NCBI GenBank assembly: GCA_964387885.1
Contig: CAYLYZ010000017.1
Span: forward strand, 32 to 64,031
Direction of reading: 5' to 3'
DNA length: 64,000 bases
Source of the DNA: an uncultured bacterium
GTDB taxonomy: Bacteria > Electryoneota > AABM5-125-24 > Hatepunaeales > Hatepunaeaceae
Shown here: one piece after another, positions 1 to 9,951 of the stretch
How the letters are laid out: each line of letters begins with the position of its first letter
Position numbering within the stretch: position 1 is the first letter of the stretch
Made by a program: the position numbers and the translations under genes
The notes under the pieces: generated by a model
Seen by the model: only the letters and a program-made list of their open reading frames with translations
Told to the model about the DNA's origin: nothing
The model's database searches: none

Positions 1-18
1 CTATTCTTGGACAGACTG
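1..18. mobile_element. Right terminal inverted repeat of a MITE/IS extending beyond the window start
   Basis: CTATTCTTGGACAGACTG matches the reverse complement of the TIR at 20201 at 16/18; followed by GGAA and a REP half-hairpin TGGCCGACCTAC. Confidence 0.6.
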
Positions 19-118
19 GGAATGGCCGACCTACTTGTTACGCATTTGTTGACAGATATTATTCACAAGCTTGGACGCTTGTGCTACTACGACAACTTAA
101 TTTCCACAGGGGGAAACA

Positions 119-532
119 ATGAAAAAGTCAAGTATCAAATATTTAATAATTATAGTTACTCTGCTGGAGGTATCTTTACTAATCATCTCCTGCGCACCAA
201 CACACCTACCTTTGGATTCTGTCAAATACAATCTTGAATCAGCAGTAATGACCATTAATGCTGCGATTAATGCAAATAATTACTTTCGAACTGACTATGA
301 CCAGGACGCTCTGAGTTTTGTGATGCTTGAAAAAATGGACTATCTCATGATAGATCCATACACAAAAGAAATATTCACTTTCGAACTGATACTCGAAGAT
401 GGACGCCTGAAATCGATTGTTGCTACAACAACACAAGATTCTCCTTTGGGAGAAGGAAAAAAGGTAATCTATAATATGACAACCAAAGTCTGGTCTGGTG
501 ATTTGGTGGAATCATGCAAAACTCGTGACTGA
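119..532 (+). CDS. Putative lipoprotein with pilin-head-like domain
   Basis: GGGGG RBS; MKK + hydrophobic stretch + IISC lipobox; mature part aligns with the two inserted domains of 20538..22124. Confidence 0.7.
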   Translation: MKKSSIKYLIIIVTLLEVSLLIISCAPTHLPLDSVKYNLESAVMTINAAINANNYFRTDYDQDALSFVMLEKMDYLMIDPYTKEIFTFELILEDGRLKSIVATTTQDSPLGEGKKVIYNMTTKVWSGDLVESCKTRD

Positions 533-656
533 CAACAGGCCCAACCATTCAGGGGAGCCCTGAAATTTATGACTGCATTAATCTGAGACTTGCCTGGTAA
601 AATCCGCAGGCAGGGACGCCTACGCTACTTTCAGCTATTCAACAAGGAAAAACAAG

Positions 657-3600
657 ATGTTAACATCAATTCGCAAACCTATTTTCCTGATCATTTTTGT
701 AAGTATTTTGTCCTCGTTGTTGACCGTATATGCGGCGGACAAGATATCCGAACAACACCAGGAAGCACTGGAAGCTCTAAAGGCTGAAGACTGGAATAAA
801 CTCAGCAGAATTTCTTCTGAAGCACTTAAATCTATTGACAAAGAACTGGCAAACGATTGGGAGTATGATGGTGATCTCCGAATCATGGATAATCAATTTC
901 TGGGAGATAAGCTAATACTTGTGACTCAGGAGTATAAAGATGGGAAGCTCACTATCTGGACGGAAATCCACAATCCCATGACGGGAAAAATGGAAAAGAA
1001 GTTTAAGTATAAGAACTTCAGATTCGATGATTGGTGGACGCCAACTGGGATTGGGAATGGGATAGTATTCTTGAATCTTAAAAAGGCAGAGGGGAATGAA
1101 AAAAAGCTGATCGTTCTGCGAGAAGATGCCATCAGCAAACCAATCGAACTCAAAATAGAGTGTGAAAAACTCAATGTTTTGCGGCAGCATGGAGATCAAC
1201 TCTTTTTCGTAACAATCCGGGATAATCCAAAATTATACAGTTTGAACCTTACCACCGGGAAAGCAGTTGAGATATCATCATCAAATGAGTTAGAGCTTTC
1301 TGAATATGATCTGTTCAAGATAGAAGAAGAGGTAATCATGATCGACGGCGAAAACCTCTTTGTCTACGACTCAACGGACAATTCGCTTATCCTCAAAAAC
1401 ACTTTACCTTTTAGATACTCAGAAAAGGATAAATTCCAGTCACCCCATTTATTTTCAATCCGCACAGATACATTGTACAAGACGGATCTAAGCTCGAATA
1501 ATCTCTCACTTTCAACCACTCAAATGCCATTTGGAATTGATATTGAAGATTGCCAAACTCCTGAGATATACGGTGAGGGCAATTGGTTTGCACAGGTTCG
1601 TGCGGACAGTCTGTATATTGTGGATATCTCAGGGGAAGTTGCACGAACTGAAGGGATTTATCCATTTGCAGGATTGGATTTGTCAGTCAAGGGTAATTAC
1701 CTGATTAATACTGGTGAACATGGAATACGGATTTTTCATGGATGCAAACAGACATATTCTGCACTTGGAATAACAGTAAAAAGATCGCTTCAGGCTCCAA
1801 TCGAGTCGGTATGGGGTAATCCGATCTCATCAAAGGGATTTGGAAAAAACACACCCCCTGTAGGTGAGCGGGATTCGGTGTTTTTTTTCCATAAACAACT
1901 GACAGATTTAATTGCATTCGATTTGCGAAATAACAGAAAACTCTGGTCGAAGCGGATTTACCTACTGGAGACTGAAGGAAGAATTATCAACATAGCAAAC
2001 GATTATGTCTGGATTGATGTGGCAGATGGCAGCAAATATCTACTTGATGCTGCAACAGGTGAACCGCTCAGTATAGATCGCAATCGGTGGGGATTGCAGC
2101 CTCCCCGTTTTAATTCTGACCGTACCCTTTTTACCCGTCTGGCGAACTGGGAGGTGCTGAATTTTCGGATCTCGCGACTCAGTCCTAATCGATATCTGCG
2201 AGGTGACCTGGCTGGGATGTCAGCAATAGGTGCTTTTTATTCCGGAGACAAAAAAGAAGCTATTAAATATGGAAAAATTGCAATTGAGTCAGGAAAAATT
2301 CATTCTGAAGAGGTTCGCAATGAATTATATGAAGTACTTGAAACAACTGGCGAGAGAGAAATAGCATCTCAACTCGCAGGTCAGGCTTTAAATTCTACCG
2401 GAAGTGACAGGTGGAAAAAAAGACTTGAAAAAGGTGGATTAGTACTGGCAACAGAACCTTTTATGGATGACAGTTACAGCTTTTATGTCACCGGAGATCA
2501 CTTAACCTCATTCACAAATTGGGGAATTGAAGAGTATGCATATAGAGGTCGCACGGTCGATTTCCATTCTATCCCACTCGATGGTCGGGAAATTTCTGTA
2601 AGGCAATTACCGGTTCATTCAGCATACCATATAAGAACCTCAGAGGGACCCATTATTTTCAATTATTCAAGAGTTGAAGGCTCGAATAAGATTTCCTGGA
2701 CACCTATATTGCTGAGTTACTCAGGCGAAGAAAAACATTTGTCCCCATTACCTGATACTCATTTCGCTGACGGGTATATCGCGGATCGCAGGAGCAGGAT
2801 CCACTGGTGGATTCCATCGGGAACCAGCCCGGGGAAAGATGGTTATTTAATCGGTGATTTCCTCCTGTGGGGAATGGAAAATGACAAAAATCCGGAATAC
2901 ACGTTTGGTGTTGATATTAAGGGAAACGGTTCCAGTTGGGTAGATGAAACTCTCTATAATGCGGTAAAGGCAGGGGATCATTTCTACTCGCACCGGAAAT
3001 ACGGAAATCGCGTCACAAAGATAGTTGAGAATAGTCAGGCAGATTCATTGAAACTCCGGGAAAATGATATTGTTATCGGAATGGGAGATCACTGGATAAA
3101 TATGAATTTAGATATAAATGATATTAAGAAACTGTACGAACCCGGTGAGCTATTGGATTTCTATGCGATTCGAGAGGACGATACTCTGACATATCAAATT
3201 CGAAATGGAAAAATCGGCTATCATCAAACTGCAGCAATGGCGGTTGTAGAAGTGAATCCAACAACAGGAGAACATCTAGCTACACATTCGATTGACGATG
3301 GATATCATTTTGCCTGTCGGACAACAGAAGGCTATCTGGTCTATCAAAATGAAGCGAAACTAATTCTCTGGAATCCGGCGGAGAATATTAAAAAGGTAGC
3401 AGAAGTTAAGGAAATCGAAGATTTCTACCTCGGACCAACGAAGAGTCGTCTTAAAACTTTCTGGACACCATTAGAAACTGATAAGATTATTCTGCATGGA
3501 AGTAAAGGCAGGTTTATTGGTTTAGACCTGTCTTTTGATACTCCGGATAAAAAACGAGTACTGTGGGATAAGGTAATCGAAAATCTCCATGATTGCCCGT

Positions 3601-3800
3601 TTACTGATGATCCGTTAGTGATTCCATTTATCCTCAAAAACAGCGAGATCATCTACGTCGAACAGGCTACTGGCGATATACTATTCCGAGAGACCTTACC
3701 ATTCGAATCGGTGTGGCATCCGATTGTGCGGGATGGAATATTGTACATTGCAAATGAGGGAAGGATCATCGGTTGGCAGTTGAAGTATTATCAACAATAA
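657..3800 (+). CDS. Secreted multi-domain protein: PQQ-like beta-propellers, helical TPR-like segment, PDZ-like domain
   Basis: 1047-aa ORF with signal peptide; blade motifs LIAFDLRNNRKLW, LLDAATGE, VEQATGDILF; PDZ-like SQADSLKLRENDIVIGMG. Confidence 0.65.
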   Translation: MLTSIRKPIFLIIFVSILSSLLTVYAADKISEQHQEALEALKAEDWNKLSRISSEALKSIDKELANDWEYDGDLRIMDNQFLGDKLILVTQEYKDGKLTIWTEIHNPMTGKMEKKFKYKNFRFDDWWTPTGIGNGIVFLNLKKAEGNEKKLIVLREDAISKPIELKIECEKLNVLRQHGDQLFFVTIRDNPKLYSLNLTTGKAVEISSSNELELSEYDLFKIEEEVIMIDGENLFVYDSTDNSLILKNTLPFRYSEKDKFQSPHLFSIRTDTLYKTDLSSNNLSLSTTQMPFGIDIEDCQTPEIYGEGNWFAQVRADSLYIVDISGEVARTEGIYPFAGLDLSVKGNYLINTGEHGIRIFHGCKQTYSALGITVKRSLQAPIESVWGNPISSKGFGKNTPPVGERDSVFFFHKQLTDLIAFDLRNNRKLWSKRIYLLETEGRIINIANDYVWIDVADGSKYLLDAATGEPLSIDRNRWGLQPPRFNSDRTLFTRLANWEVLNFRISRLSPNRYLRGDLAGMSAIGAFYSGDKKEAIKYGKIAIESGKIHSEEVRNELYEVLETTGEREIASQLAGQALNSTGSDRWKKRLEKGGLVLATEPFMDDSYSFYVTGDHLTSFTNWGIEEYAYRGRTVDFHSIPLDGREISVRQLPVHSAYHIRTSEGPIIFNYSRVEGSNKISWTPILLSYSGEEKHLSPLPDTHFADGYIADRRSRIHWWIPSGTSPGKDGYLIGDFLLWGMENDKNPEYTFGVDIKGNGSSWVDETLYNAVKAGDHFYSHRKYGNRVTKIVENSQADSLKLRENDIVIGMGDHWINMNLDINDIKKLYEPGELLDFYAIREDDTLTYQIRNGKIGYHQTAAMAVVEVNPTTGEHLATHSIDDGYHFACRTTEGYLVYQNEAKLILWNPAENIKKVAEVKEIEDFYLGPTKSRLKTFWTPLETDKIILHGSKGRFIGLDLSFDTPDKKRVLWDKVIENLHDCPFTDDPLVIPFILKNSEIIYVEQATGDILFRETLPFESVWHPIVRDGILYIANEGRIIGWQLKYYQQ

Positions 3801-3948
3801 TACAAAGCAGCGTAGGAGTCTCTGCCTGCGTGAGAGCGGTGTTCAGCAGGTGGGAAAGTCATTCCTGCCTGTCTATCCGCTTTACAGCGGATTCATGGTG
3901 ATTGGTCTATAATCTGAATCCGTCTTCCGACGGATAGTCGAACAGGAA

Positions 3949-4068
3949 CAGGCTGTCTAAGTATACAGTTTCGCGCTGTCACACGCCCTCGTGTGACAGT
4001 AATAACAACAGCTTAGCTGGCAGACGAAGGCGTCTACCAGCGCGATTTGGGAATTCCTGGACAACCTG
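3949..4068. mobile_element. MITE with imperfect TIRs and 4-bp target duplication GGAA, inserted in a REP hairpin loop
   Basis: CAGGCTGTCTAAGTAT ... ATTCCTGGACAACCTG flanked by GGAA on both sides; removal restores TCGAACA-GGAA-TGTTCGA-TCTAC. Confidence 0.7.
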
Positions 4069-4226
4069 GGAATGTTCGATCTACTGAAATGTTAAAAAAA
4101 ATCCTACAAGCGGGGACGCTTGTGCCACTGTCACCATCCCGAACTATGGGATGGTGACAGTCGTTTTTGCTTATTTTGTATAGAAATGTGTAAATTGAGA
4201 GTACTACATTTCTTGAAAGTATTGTC

Positions 4227-4305
4227 CTTGCGAACACTGGGAAGCAATCTCTTATATCGCATATATTCAAACAGATCGCTTCGTCACTTCGTTCCTCGCG
4301 ACGAC
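4227..4305. repeat. Palindromic repeat, GCGA..AAGCAATCT / AGATTGCTTCG..TCGC family
   Basis: Similar to copies at 19579-19659 and 57184-57211. Confidence 0.6.
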
Positions 4306-4403
4306 AAACATCTCTCATTACTTCGGGAAATGCTATAGTCCTTGATATTTCACCAAATATGACATAAAATATAGCATCTTCAATCCTTTGAGAGAAATTT
4401 GCT

Positions 4404-5039
4404 TTGAAAAATCCCTGGTTAGACATACCAATTGACGACTACGAAGGTCACATGAGTTCACCTTCAGTGGGTCAATTACAGGTGCTGGGCAAACTCTTTT
4501 CTAAAGTCCTTGGAGAGGTGCGGCCAAAATCTCTCGCGGTTTTCGGTTGTGCAACCGGGAATGGATTTGAATACATCGATCCGAATGTCACAGAGCGAAT
4601 CGTTGGTGTAGATATTAATGCGGATTATCTGAAGATGCTGAAAGAACGCTTCTCGGGGCAACTCCTCAATCTGGATTTACTGGAACAAGACTTTGCGACA
4701 CCTAAGTTCTCAATCCAGTCAGTAGAATTGGCATTTGCAGCTCTGATTTTTGAGTATGTACCTGTTGAACAGGCAATCCAGAGTATTAGAGACAATTTAG
4801 TTCCGAAGGGGATGTTAGTCGCGGTCTTGCAGCTTCCGGACAAATCATCCAGCCCTGTGACGAAGACGGAGTTCAGAAGTCTTGGGAAACTTCAACCAAT
4901 AATGAAGCTTGTCGAGCCTGAAAGGTTTACTCAATTGTGTTCTAAAAACGGATTTGATCTCGAAAAAGAACGGATTATCCCTCTTAAACAGGGGAAAGCA
5001 TTCTTTGTGGGATATTACAGAATAGTGGGGGATAATTGA
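4404..5039 (+). CDS. Class I SAM-dependent methyltransferase
   Basis: Motif I AVFGCATGNG, motif II IVGVDIN; TTG start. Confidence 0.8.
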   Translation: MKNPWLDIPIDDYEGHMSSPSVGQLQVLGKLFSKVLGEVRPKSLAVFGCATGNGFEYIDPNVTERIVGVDINADYLKMLKERFSGQLLNLDLLEQDFATPKFSIQSVELAFAALIFEYVPVEQAIQSIRDNLVPKGMLVAVLQLPDKSSSPVTKTEFRSLGKLQPIMKLVEPERFTQLCSKNGFDLEKERIIPLKQGKAFFVGYYRIVGDN

Positions 5040-5063
5040 CAAAGCGACTCAGGATTAATAAAC

Positions 5064-6134
5064 GTGGATAACTCTGACCATATTATTCGCAAACGTCGAT
5101 ATGACATAGACTGGCTAAGGACTCTGGCATTAGGACTTCTTATCATTTATCATGTGGTGATCAGCTTTCAGCCCTGGGGAAAAGCCATCGGATTTATCCA
5201 GAATGATGAACTTCTCGAGTGGATCTGGATTCCAATGGCCGCATTCAACGTCTGGCGTATCCCTCTACTGTTTATGATTTCCGGAATGGGGCTTTGCCTT
5301 GCTATGGAGCGGCGTAATTGGCTGCAACTCCTTGGTGACCGAGCTGTCAGAATTGCGGTTCCGCTCATTTTCGGTTTCTTTTGCATTTGCCCGATCACTG
5401 TCTTTTTAATGAAATCGTATTACGGTATTGAAACCACTTACACGCCAAATTCCGGGCATCTCTGGTTTCTGATCAACATACTCTGTTATGTCTCATATTT
5501 CATTTCAATCGTCTGGACTTTGAAGACCTATCCGGATAATCCTGTCTCCCGGTTCATCTCGAAATGGCTTCGCAAACAACCCTATTTGATCTTTCTCGCT
5601 GCCTTACCGTTGATGCTCGAGGCAATGGTCCTGAATCCGAAACACTTTGCGAGTTTTCCTACACCGCATGGTCATTTCGTCGGTACAGTATGCTTTCTCA
5701 CCGGCATTGTATTCATATCAATAAAGGACGATTTCTGGGATGCAGTACAAAAGGTTAAATCAAGCGCAATTTCCATAGCTGTAGTCCTTTTCCTGATTCG
5801 AATAATCCTCTTTCAGATATCAAATGTCCCCAAATTCCTGGTCGCATTCGAATCAATGTGCTGGATGCTGGCGGTTTTCGGATACGGATCGACGTACCTT
5901 AACAGACCATCCCGAAATCTCGCATATCTGTCGCAAGCCGTGTTTCCGGTTTACATAATCCACTTCCCCATCCAATATGCGATCTCTTATTATCTTATGC
6001 CACTTAATTTTCCGGCAATTCTCAAGTTGGGAATCCTGATGATTGGGACTTTCGGTATTTGCTGGTTGATTTATGAGTTTTTTATTAAAAGATTGAAGTG
6101 GATTCGACCTCTGTTTGGAATGAAGTGGAATTAG
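5064..6134 (+). CDS. Acyltransferase family 3 (OpgC/MdoC-like) membrane protein
   Basis: RRYDIDWLR, WRIPLLFMISG, GHLWFL, FPVYIIH motifs; about 10 TM segments. Confidence 0.85.
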   Translation: MDNSDHIIRKRRYDIDWLRTLALGLLIIYHVVISFQPWGKAIGFIQNDELLEWIWIPMAAFNVWRIPLLFMISGMGLCLAMERRNWLQLLGDRAVRIAVPLIFGFFCICPITVFLMKSYYGIETTYTPNSGHLWFLINILCYVSYFISIVWTLKTYPDNPVSRFISKWLRKQPYLIFLAALPLMLEAMVLNPKHFASFPTPHGHFVGTVCFLTGIVFISIKDDFWDAVQKVKSSAISIAVVLFLIRIILFQISNVPKFLVAFESMCWMLAVFGYGSTYLNRPSRNLAYLSQAVFPVYIIHFPIQYAISYYLMPLNFPAILKLGILMIGTFGICWLIYEFFIKRLKWIRPLFGMKWN

Positions 6135-6411
6135 ATTATCATCACAGGTGAACATTAATCCTAAGACATGCAATGCAGTGAAAATCCGGATCAACAATAG
6201 TATTTCTCGTCTGAAGAGTAATTTTTCCCTGAATTATTTGTTATGTTTTGGTTTGCTGGATTTAAGATATTCACCAATCGTTGTTGGTAATGCTGGATTC
6301 CTCGCCTATCGGTTAAGTCATTGTTACTACTGTCACACGGGGGCGTGTGACAGCGCGATTAAATGCTGTTAGGAGTGCTGTCAAGTGTACTCACCTGACG
6401 ATTCTTAAGAA

Positions 6412-6460
6412 CTGGATGCACTTCGCAAGCGAAGCAGATATCCCGCCTTCGCGGGAATGA
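6412..6460. repeat. ATTCCC/GGGAAT-type REP; empty-site equivalent of the 20163-20368 locus
   Basis: CTGGATGCACTTCGCAAGCGAAGCAGATATCCCGCCTTC is identical to 20162-20200 and continues directly into GCGGGAATGAC. Confidence 0.75.
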
Positions 6461-6477
6461 CAGAACAGGAAAAATAG

Positions 6478-7902
6478 ATGCTTGTAAAACTCATAGTCGT
6501 TTCATCTTTTGCTTTAATGGTGGTTGTAATTGGAGTGATCGGAATGCGTAAGACTCGATCATTCTCAGATTTCTTTCTTGGCGGAGGTAACGTCGGTCCG
6601 TGGATGACAGCTTTTACCTACGGAACCGCTTATTTCTCTGCTGTTTTGTTCATCGGTTTTGCTGGAAAGATCGGATGGGGATTTGGCTATTCGGCACTCT
6701 GGGTAGCTCTTGGTAATGGGCTGATTGGAGTATTCGGAGTATGGTGGCTGCTCGGTCCTCGAATTAAAAAAATGTCGGTTGAATATGGTGTTTCGACGAT
6801 GTCAGAATATCTAGAAAGACGCTATGACAGCCGCTTCCTGAAGTTCTTCTCGGCAATTTGTATCTTTATATTTTTTATCCCCTATTCAGCTGCCGTTTTT
6901 ATGGGACTGTCCTATCTGTTCCAGACAACGTTTCAGATTGACTATACTATCGCTCTCATCTTTATGGGTGTGTTTACGGCTGTTTATATCGTCATGGGAG
7001 GTTACAAGTCGATGACTATGATCGACCTGATATTCGGGCAGATTATGATTGTTGGCGTGGTCATCCTCTTATGGAGCACTATTGACAAGGGACAGGGAAT
7101 AACAAACATTACTTCGGTATTGAGATCAATCGATCCGAAACTGACATCCTCACTTGGACCTCCGGGATTATGGCCTCTATTTTCACTCGTATTCCTGACC
7201 TCGATAGCACCTTTTGCCATGCCGCAACTCATCCAGAAATTCTACGCGATAAAGGATGATCGTTCGATTAAGATCGGTATGTTTGCCTCGACATTCTTTG
7301 CCTTCCTCATTTCCGGTATCGGCTATTTCATCGGTGCGACAACACGAGTATTTATGACTCCTGAGACTACTCCGAATGCATTCGAAAATGGTAAGCCAAT
7401 TTTTGATGCTCTTATGCCTGAGCTATTGACCAACATCATCCCCCCTGCTCTGTCTGTGATTATCCTTTTGTTGATACTTTCAGCATCGATGTCGACCCTG
7501 GCAGCGCTTGTACTCATTTCCAGCTCTTCTGTTATTAAAGACATTTACGCAGGATTCATAAACAGGGATGTTACGGATAAAGGTTTGATGATGTTGATGC
7601 GGTTTTCGAATGCTGCCTTTGTGTTGATCTCGGTGATACTGGCATTCATCAAACCGGACACAATAGTTGCTATTCTCGGGATCTCCTGGGGAGCCATTGG
7701 ATCAGTTTTTCTCGGACCGTTTATTTGGGGATTGTTTACGAAAAGGGCAAATAAAGTAGGAGCAATTTCATCTTCGGTCATAGGGCTTGGTACATGCCTG
7801 GGATTATACTCCTTCGGCATGCCTTCACCTCAGGCAGGGACGATCGGGATGATGGCGTCTCTGGTGGTGAATCCCCTATTCAGTTTGATGCGACCTCGGT
7901 AA
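6478..7902 (+). CDS. Sodium:solute symporter family protein
   Basis: DFFLGG, SAVLFIGFAG, EYLERRY, SASMSTL motifs; about 13 TM segments. Confidence 0.9.
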   Translation: MLVKLIVVSSFALMVVVIGVIGMRKTRSFSDFFLGGGNVGPWMTAFTYGTAYFSAVLFIGFAGKIGWGFGYSALWVALGNGLIGVFGVWWLLGPRIKKMSVEYGVSTMSEYLERRYDSRFLKFFSAICIFIFFIPYSAAVFMGLSYLFQTTFQIDYTIALIFMGVFTAVYIVMGGYKSMTMIDLIFGQIMIVGVVILLWSTIDKGQGITNITSVLRSIDPKLTSSLGPPGLWPLFSLVFLTSIAPFAMPQLIQKFYAIKDDRSIKIGMFASTFFAFLISGIGYFIGATTRVFMTPETTPNAFENGKPIFDALMPELLTNIIPPALSVIILLLILSASMSTLAALVLISSSSVIKDIYAGFINRDVTDKGLMMLMRFSNAAFVLISVILAFIKPDTIVAILGISWGAIGSVFLGPFIWGLFTKRANKVGAISSSVIGLGTCLGLYSFGMPSPQAGTIGMMASLVVNPLFSLMRPR

Positions 7903-7903
7903 C

Positions 7904-8113
7904 CTAGGGCGGTATCTTATAGCGCCGGATGTAATCGCGAAAAATAATTAAGGTGACAGTATACTTAATTACCTTATTAGTGACATATTAACAGTGCTCT
8001 ATAATTTAGACATTCTGTGTTCTACTTAGAGATAAGTATACTGTCACTTTAATTATTGCATGCCACCAGAAATAAAAATTTTACCTATTCGTCGGGTTAA
8101 GAACCCGACCTAC
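7904..8113. repeat. GTAG-type REPIN (family A) with a nested 25-bp inverted-repeat element at 7943-8057
   Basis: Left CTAGGGCGGTATCTTATAGCGCC, right GTCGGGTTAAGAACCCGACCTAC; internal arms AATAATTAAGGTGACAGTATACTTA match at 24/25. Confidence 0.75.
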
Positions 8114-8118
8114 GAAAG

Positions 8119-9015
8119 TTACCGATTAAACAACAATGCAATCCCCGCAACCGCAACAAGAGTACCAAGCAAGGTCCGCCCCGAAAGTTTCTCTTTGTAA
8201 ACAAAATACGCCACAGGCAGCATCATAATTGGCACAGTTGCATTGAGAGTAGCAGCCACTCCGGCTTCAGTGTATTTAACGGAAATGACAGATAACCATA
8301 CCCCCGTGAAAGGTCCGAAGAAGGCTCCGCCAGCTGTTAGTGCGATTGCCTTCTTATCCTTAAATCCCTTAATTACCTGCCCGATTTTTCCGCTGAAGAT
8401 TATGTACACGTAAATTCCAAATGCTCCAGCTACAATTCGCATCAGGGTTGCAGGTAGCGGATTGACTGTCTCACCCATTCCCGCTTTGGATAGGACGAGT
8501 CCGGCAGCCTGGCAGATTACACCGATGATCACTGCGATAATTCCGGGAATAAGGGATTTATTCGGGAAGCGTTTGTTGTCTTTGGATTTTTCGGAAACTA
8601 CCCATACAATCCCCGAAACAGTAATGATGATACTTATCCAGGCTATTAGGGTCAGTCGCTCATCGATGGTTGCGAAAGCTATAAAGGATGTGGCAATCGG
8701 TACGCTGGAGAACATCAGTGACGTTTTGCGAGGACCTATCCAGACTAAAGCCTGAAAGAGTGCAGCGTCACCAAGCGTCAGGCCGATCAATCCTGATAAT
8801 ATCAGATACCAGACGCTGCCTCCAGCGAATATTTCGGAGAAATTTGTACCGAAGATGATTATGGTAGTTATGAGCAGAAGGGGCAGAGCAAACGAGAGCC
8901 GGATTACATTTACAGCAAGGGACCCGATTCGTTCTCCTGCCAGCGAGAAGAAGAGCATTGTCCACGTCCAGCAGAAGGCTGCGCCTAAACCTGCAATTTC
9001 TCCGATGTATGCCAA
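8119..9015 (-). CDS. DMT/EamA family transporter
   Basis: Two 5-TM repeats with LSGLIGLTLGD and KEKLS motifs. Confidence 0.9.
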   Translation of the reverse strand: MAYIGEIAGLGAAFCWTWTMLFFSLAGERIGSLAVNVIRLSFALPLLLITTIIIFGTNFSEIFAGGSVWYLILSGLIGLTLGDAALFQALVWIGPRKTSLMFSSVPIATSFIAFATIDERLTLIAWISIIITVSGIVWVVSEKSKDNKRFPNKSLIPGIIAVIIGVICQAAGLVLSKAGMGETVNPLPATLMRIVAGAFGIYVYIIFSGKIGQVIKGFKDKKAIALTAGGAFFGPFTGVWLSVISVKYTEAGVAATLNATVPIMMLPVAYFVYKEKLSGRTLLGTLVAVAGIALLFNR

Positions 9016-9252
9016 GTTTGCTTCAATCCCTGATTAATTTCTGAAGTATGGTAAGATAATTTGTCAAATAGATTTATGCAAGTCGAACATAAGTTTGTTA
9101 TACTCCAAAGGCAATAACATCGATGGGATTTGATCGGCAATTTCTTTTCAGGAATTATTCCGAATTAGACAAATGAAAAATATCTCTACTCGTACTATTT
9201 GCAAATGAAAGCCAAAAAATCATCAACACGATCCTAAGATAAAGACAATACA

Positions 9253-9951
9253 TTGAATTTCCTGAAATCACCAAAAAACCTGATTGCTATATCACTAATG
9301 CTTGTTTTAGCATTTGTCCTGTGGAAATTCCCTGTTGATGAAGGATTACTGTCACTCGTTGAATGGATTAAGGGTCAGGGGTCAGTCGGTTTTATTGTAT
9401 ATATCTTAGTCTATATTGCAGCAGCTGTGCTCTTCATCCCAGGATCTATCATCACACTCGGTGCTGGATTTGCGTACGGAGTTCTAACCGGATCAATACT
9501 GGTTTCAATTGCTTCAATTTTAGGTGCAACCGCATCGTTTTTGGTTGGTCGGTATTTAGCAAGAGATTGGGTGGCAAAAAAGGTAGCGAATAACGAAAGT
9601 TTCAGGCGTATTGACAATGCCGTAGCCGGGAGGGGCTTCAAGATAGTACTGTTAACAAGGTTATCTCCGATATTTCCATTTACCTTCCAGAACTATGGCT
9701 ATGGATTAACAGGCGTCAGCCTCAGAGACTACTTTTTCGCCTCCTGGATTGGAATGATTCCTGGCACAATTATGTATGTGTATATCGGCTCACTTATAAC
9801 AGAAATTACTCAAATTGCATCCGGACAATCCGCTGAAGTTCCCGGGCAAAAGATTTTCTATTTCGTGGGATTAGCTGTAACCGTTGCTGTATCGGTTTAT
9901 GTAACTCGAATTGCAAAGAAAGCTCTCGCGAAGGGTGTTGAAAATGAGTGA
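9253..9951 (+). CDS. TVP38/TMEM64 (DedA-like) membrane protein
   Basis: LFIPGSIITLGAG, LLTRLSPIFPF, GMIPGT motifs. Confidence 0.9.
   Translation: MNFLKSPKNLIAISLMLVLAFVLWKFPVDEGLLSLVEWIKGQGSVGFIVYILVYIAAAVLFIPGSIITLGAGFAYGVLTGSILVSIASILGATASFLVGRYLARDWVAKKVANNESFRRIDNAVAGRGFKIVLLTRLSPIFPFTFQNYGYGLTGVSLRDYFFASWIGMIPGTIMYVYIGSLITEITQIASGQSAEVPGQKIFYFVGLAVTVAVSVYVTRIAKKALAKGVENE

Noticed and set aside
4034-4426. 130-aa ORF and similar intergenic ORFs (4120, 6148, 19712, 20166, 47140)
   Set aside because: They are translations of palindromic or tandem repeats, without a convincing RBS or protein motifs.
9084-9097. Gram-positive-type LexA box CGAACATAAGTTTG
   Set aside because: Single imperfect match in front of genes unrelated to SOS; no equivalent seen before the SRAP gene.
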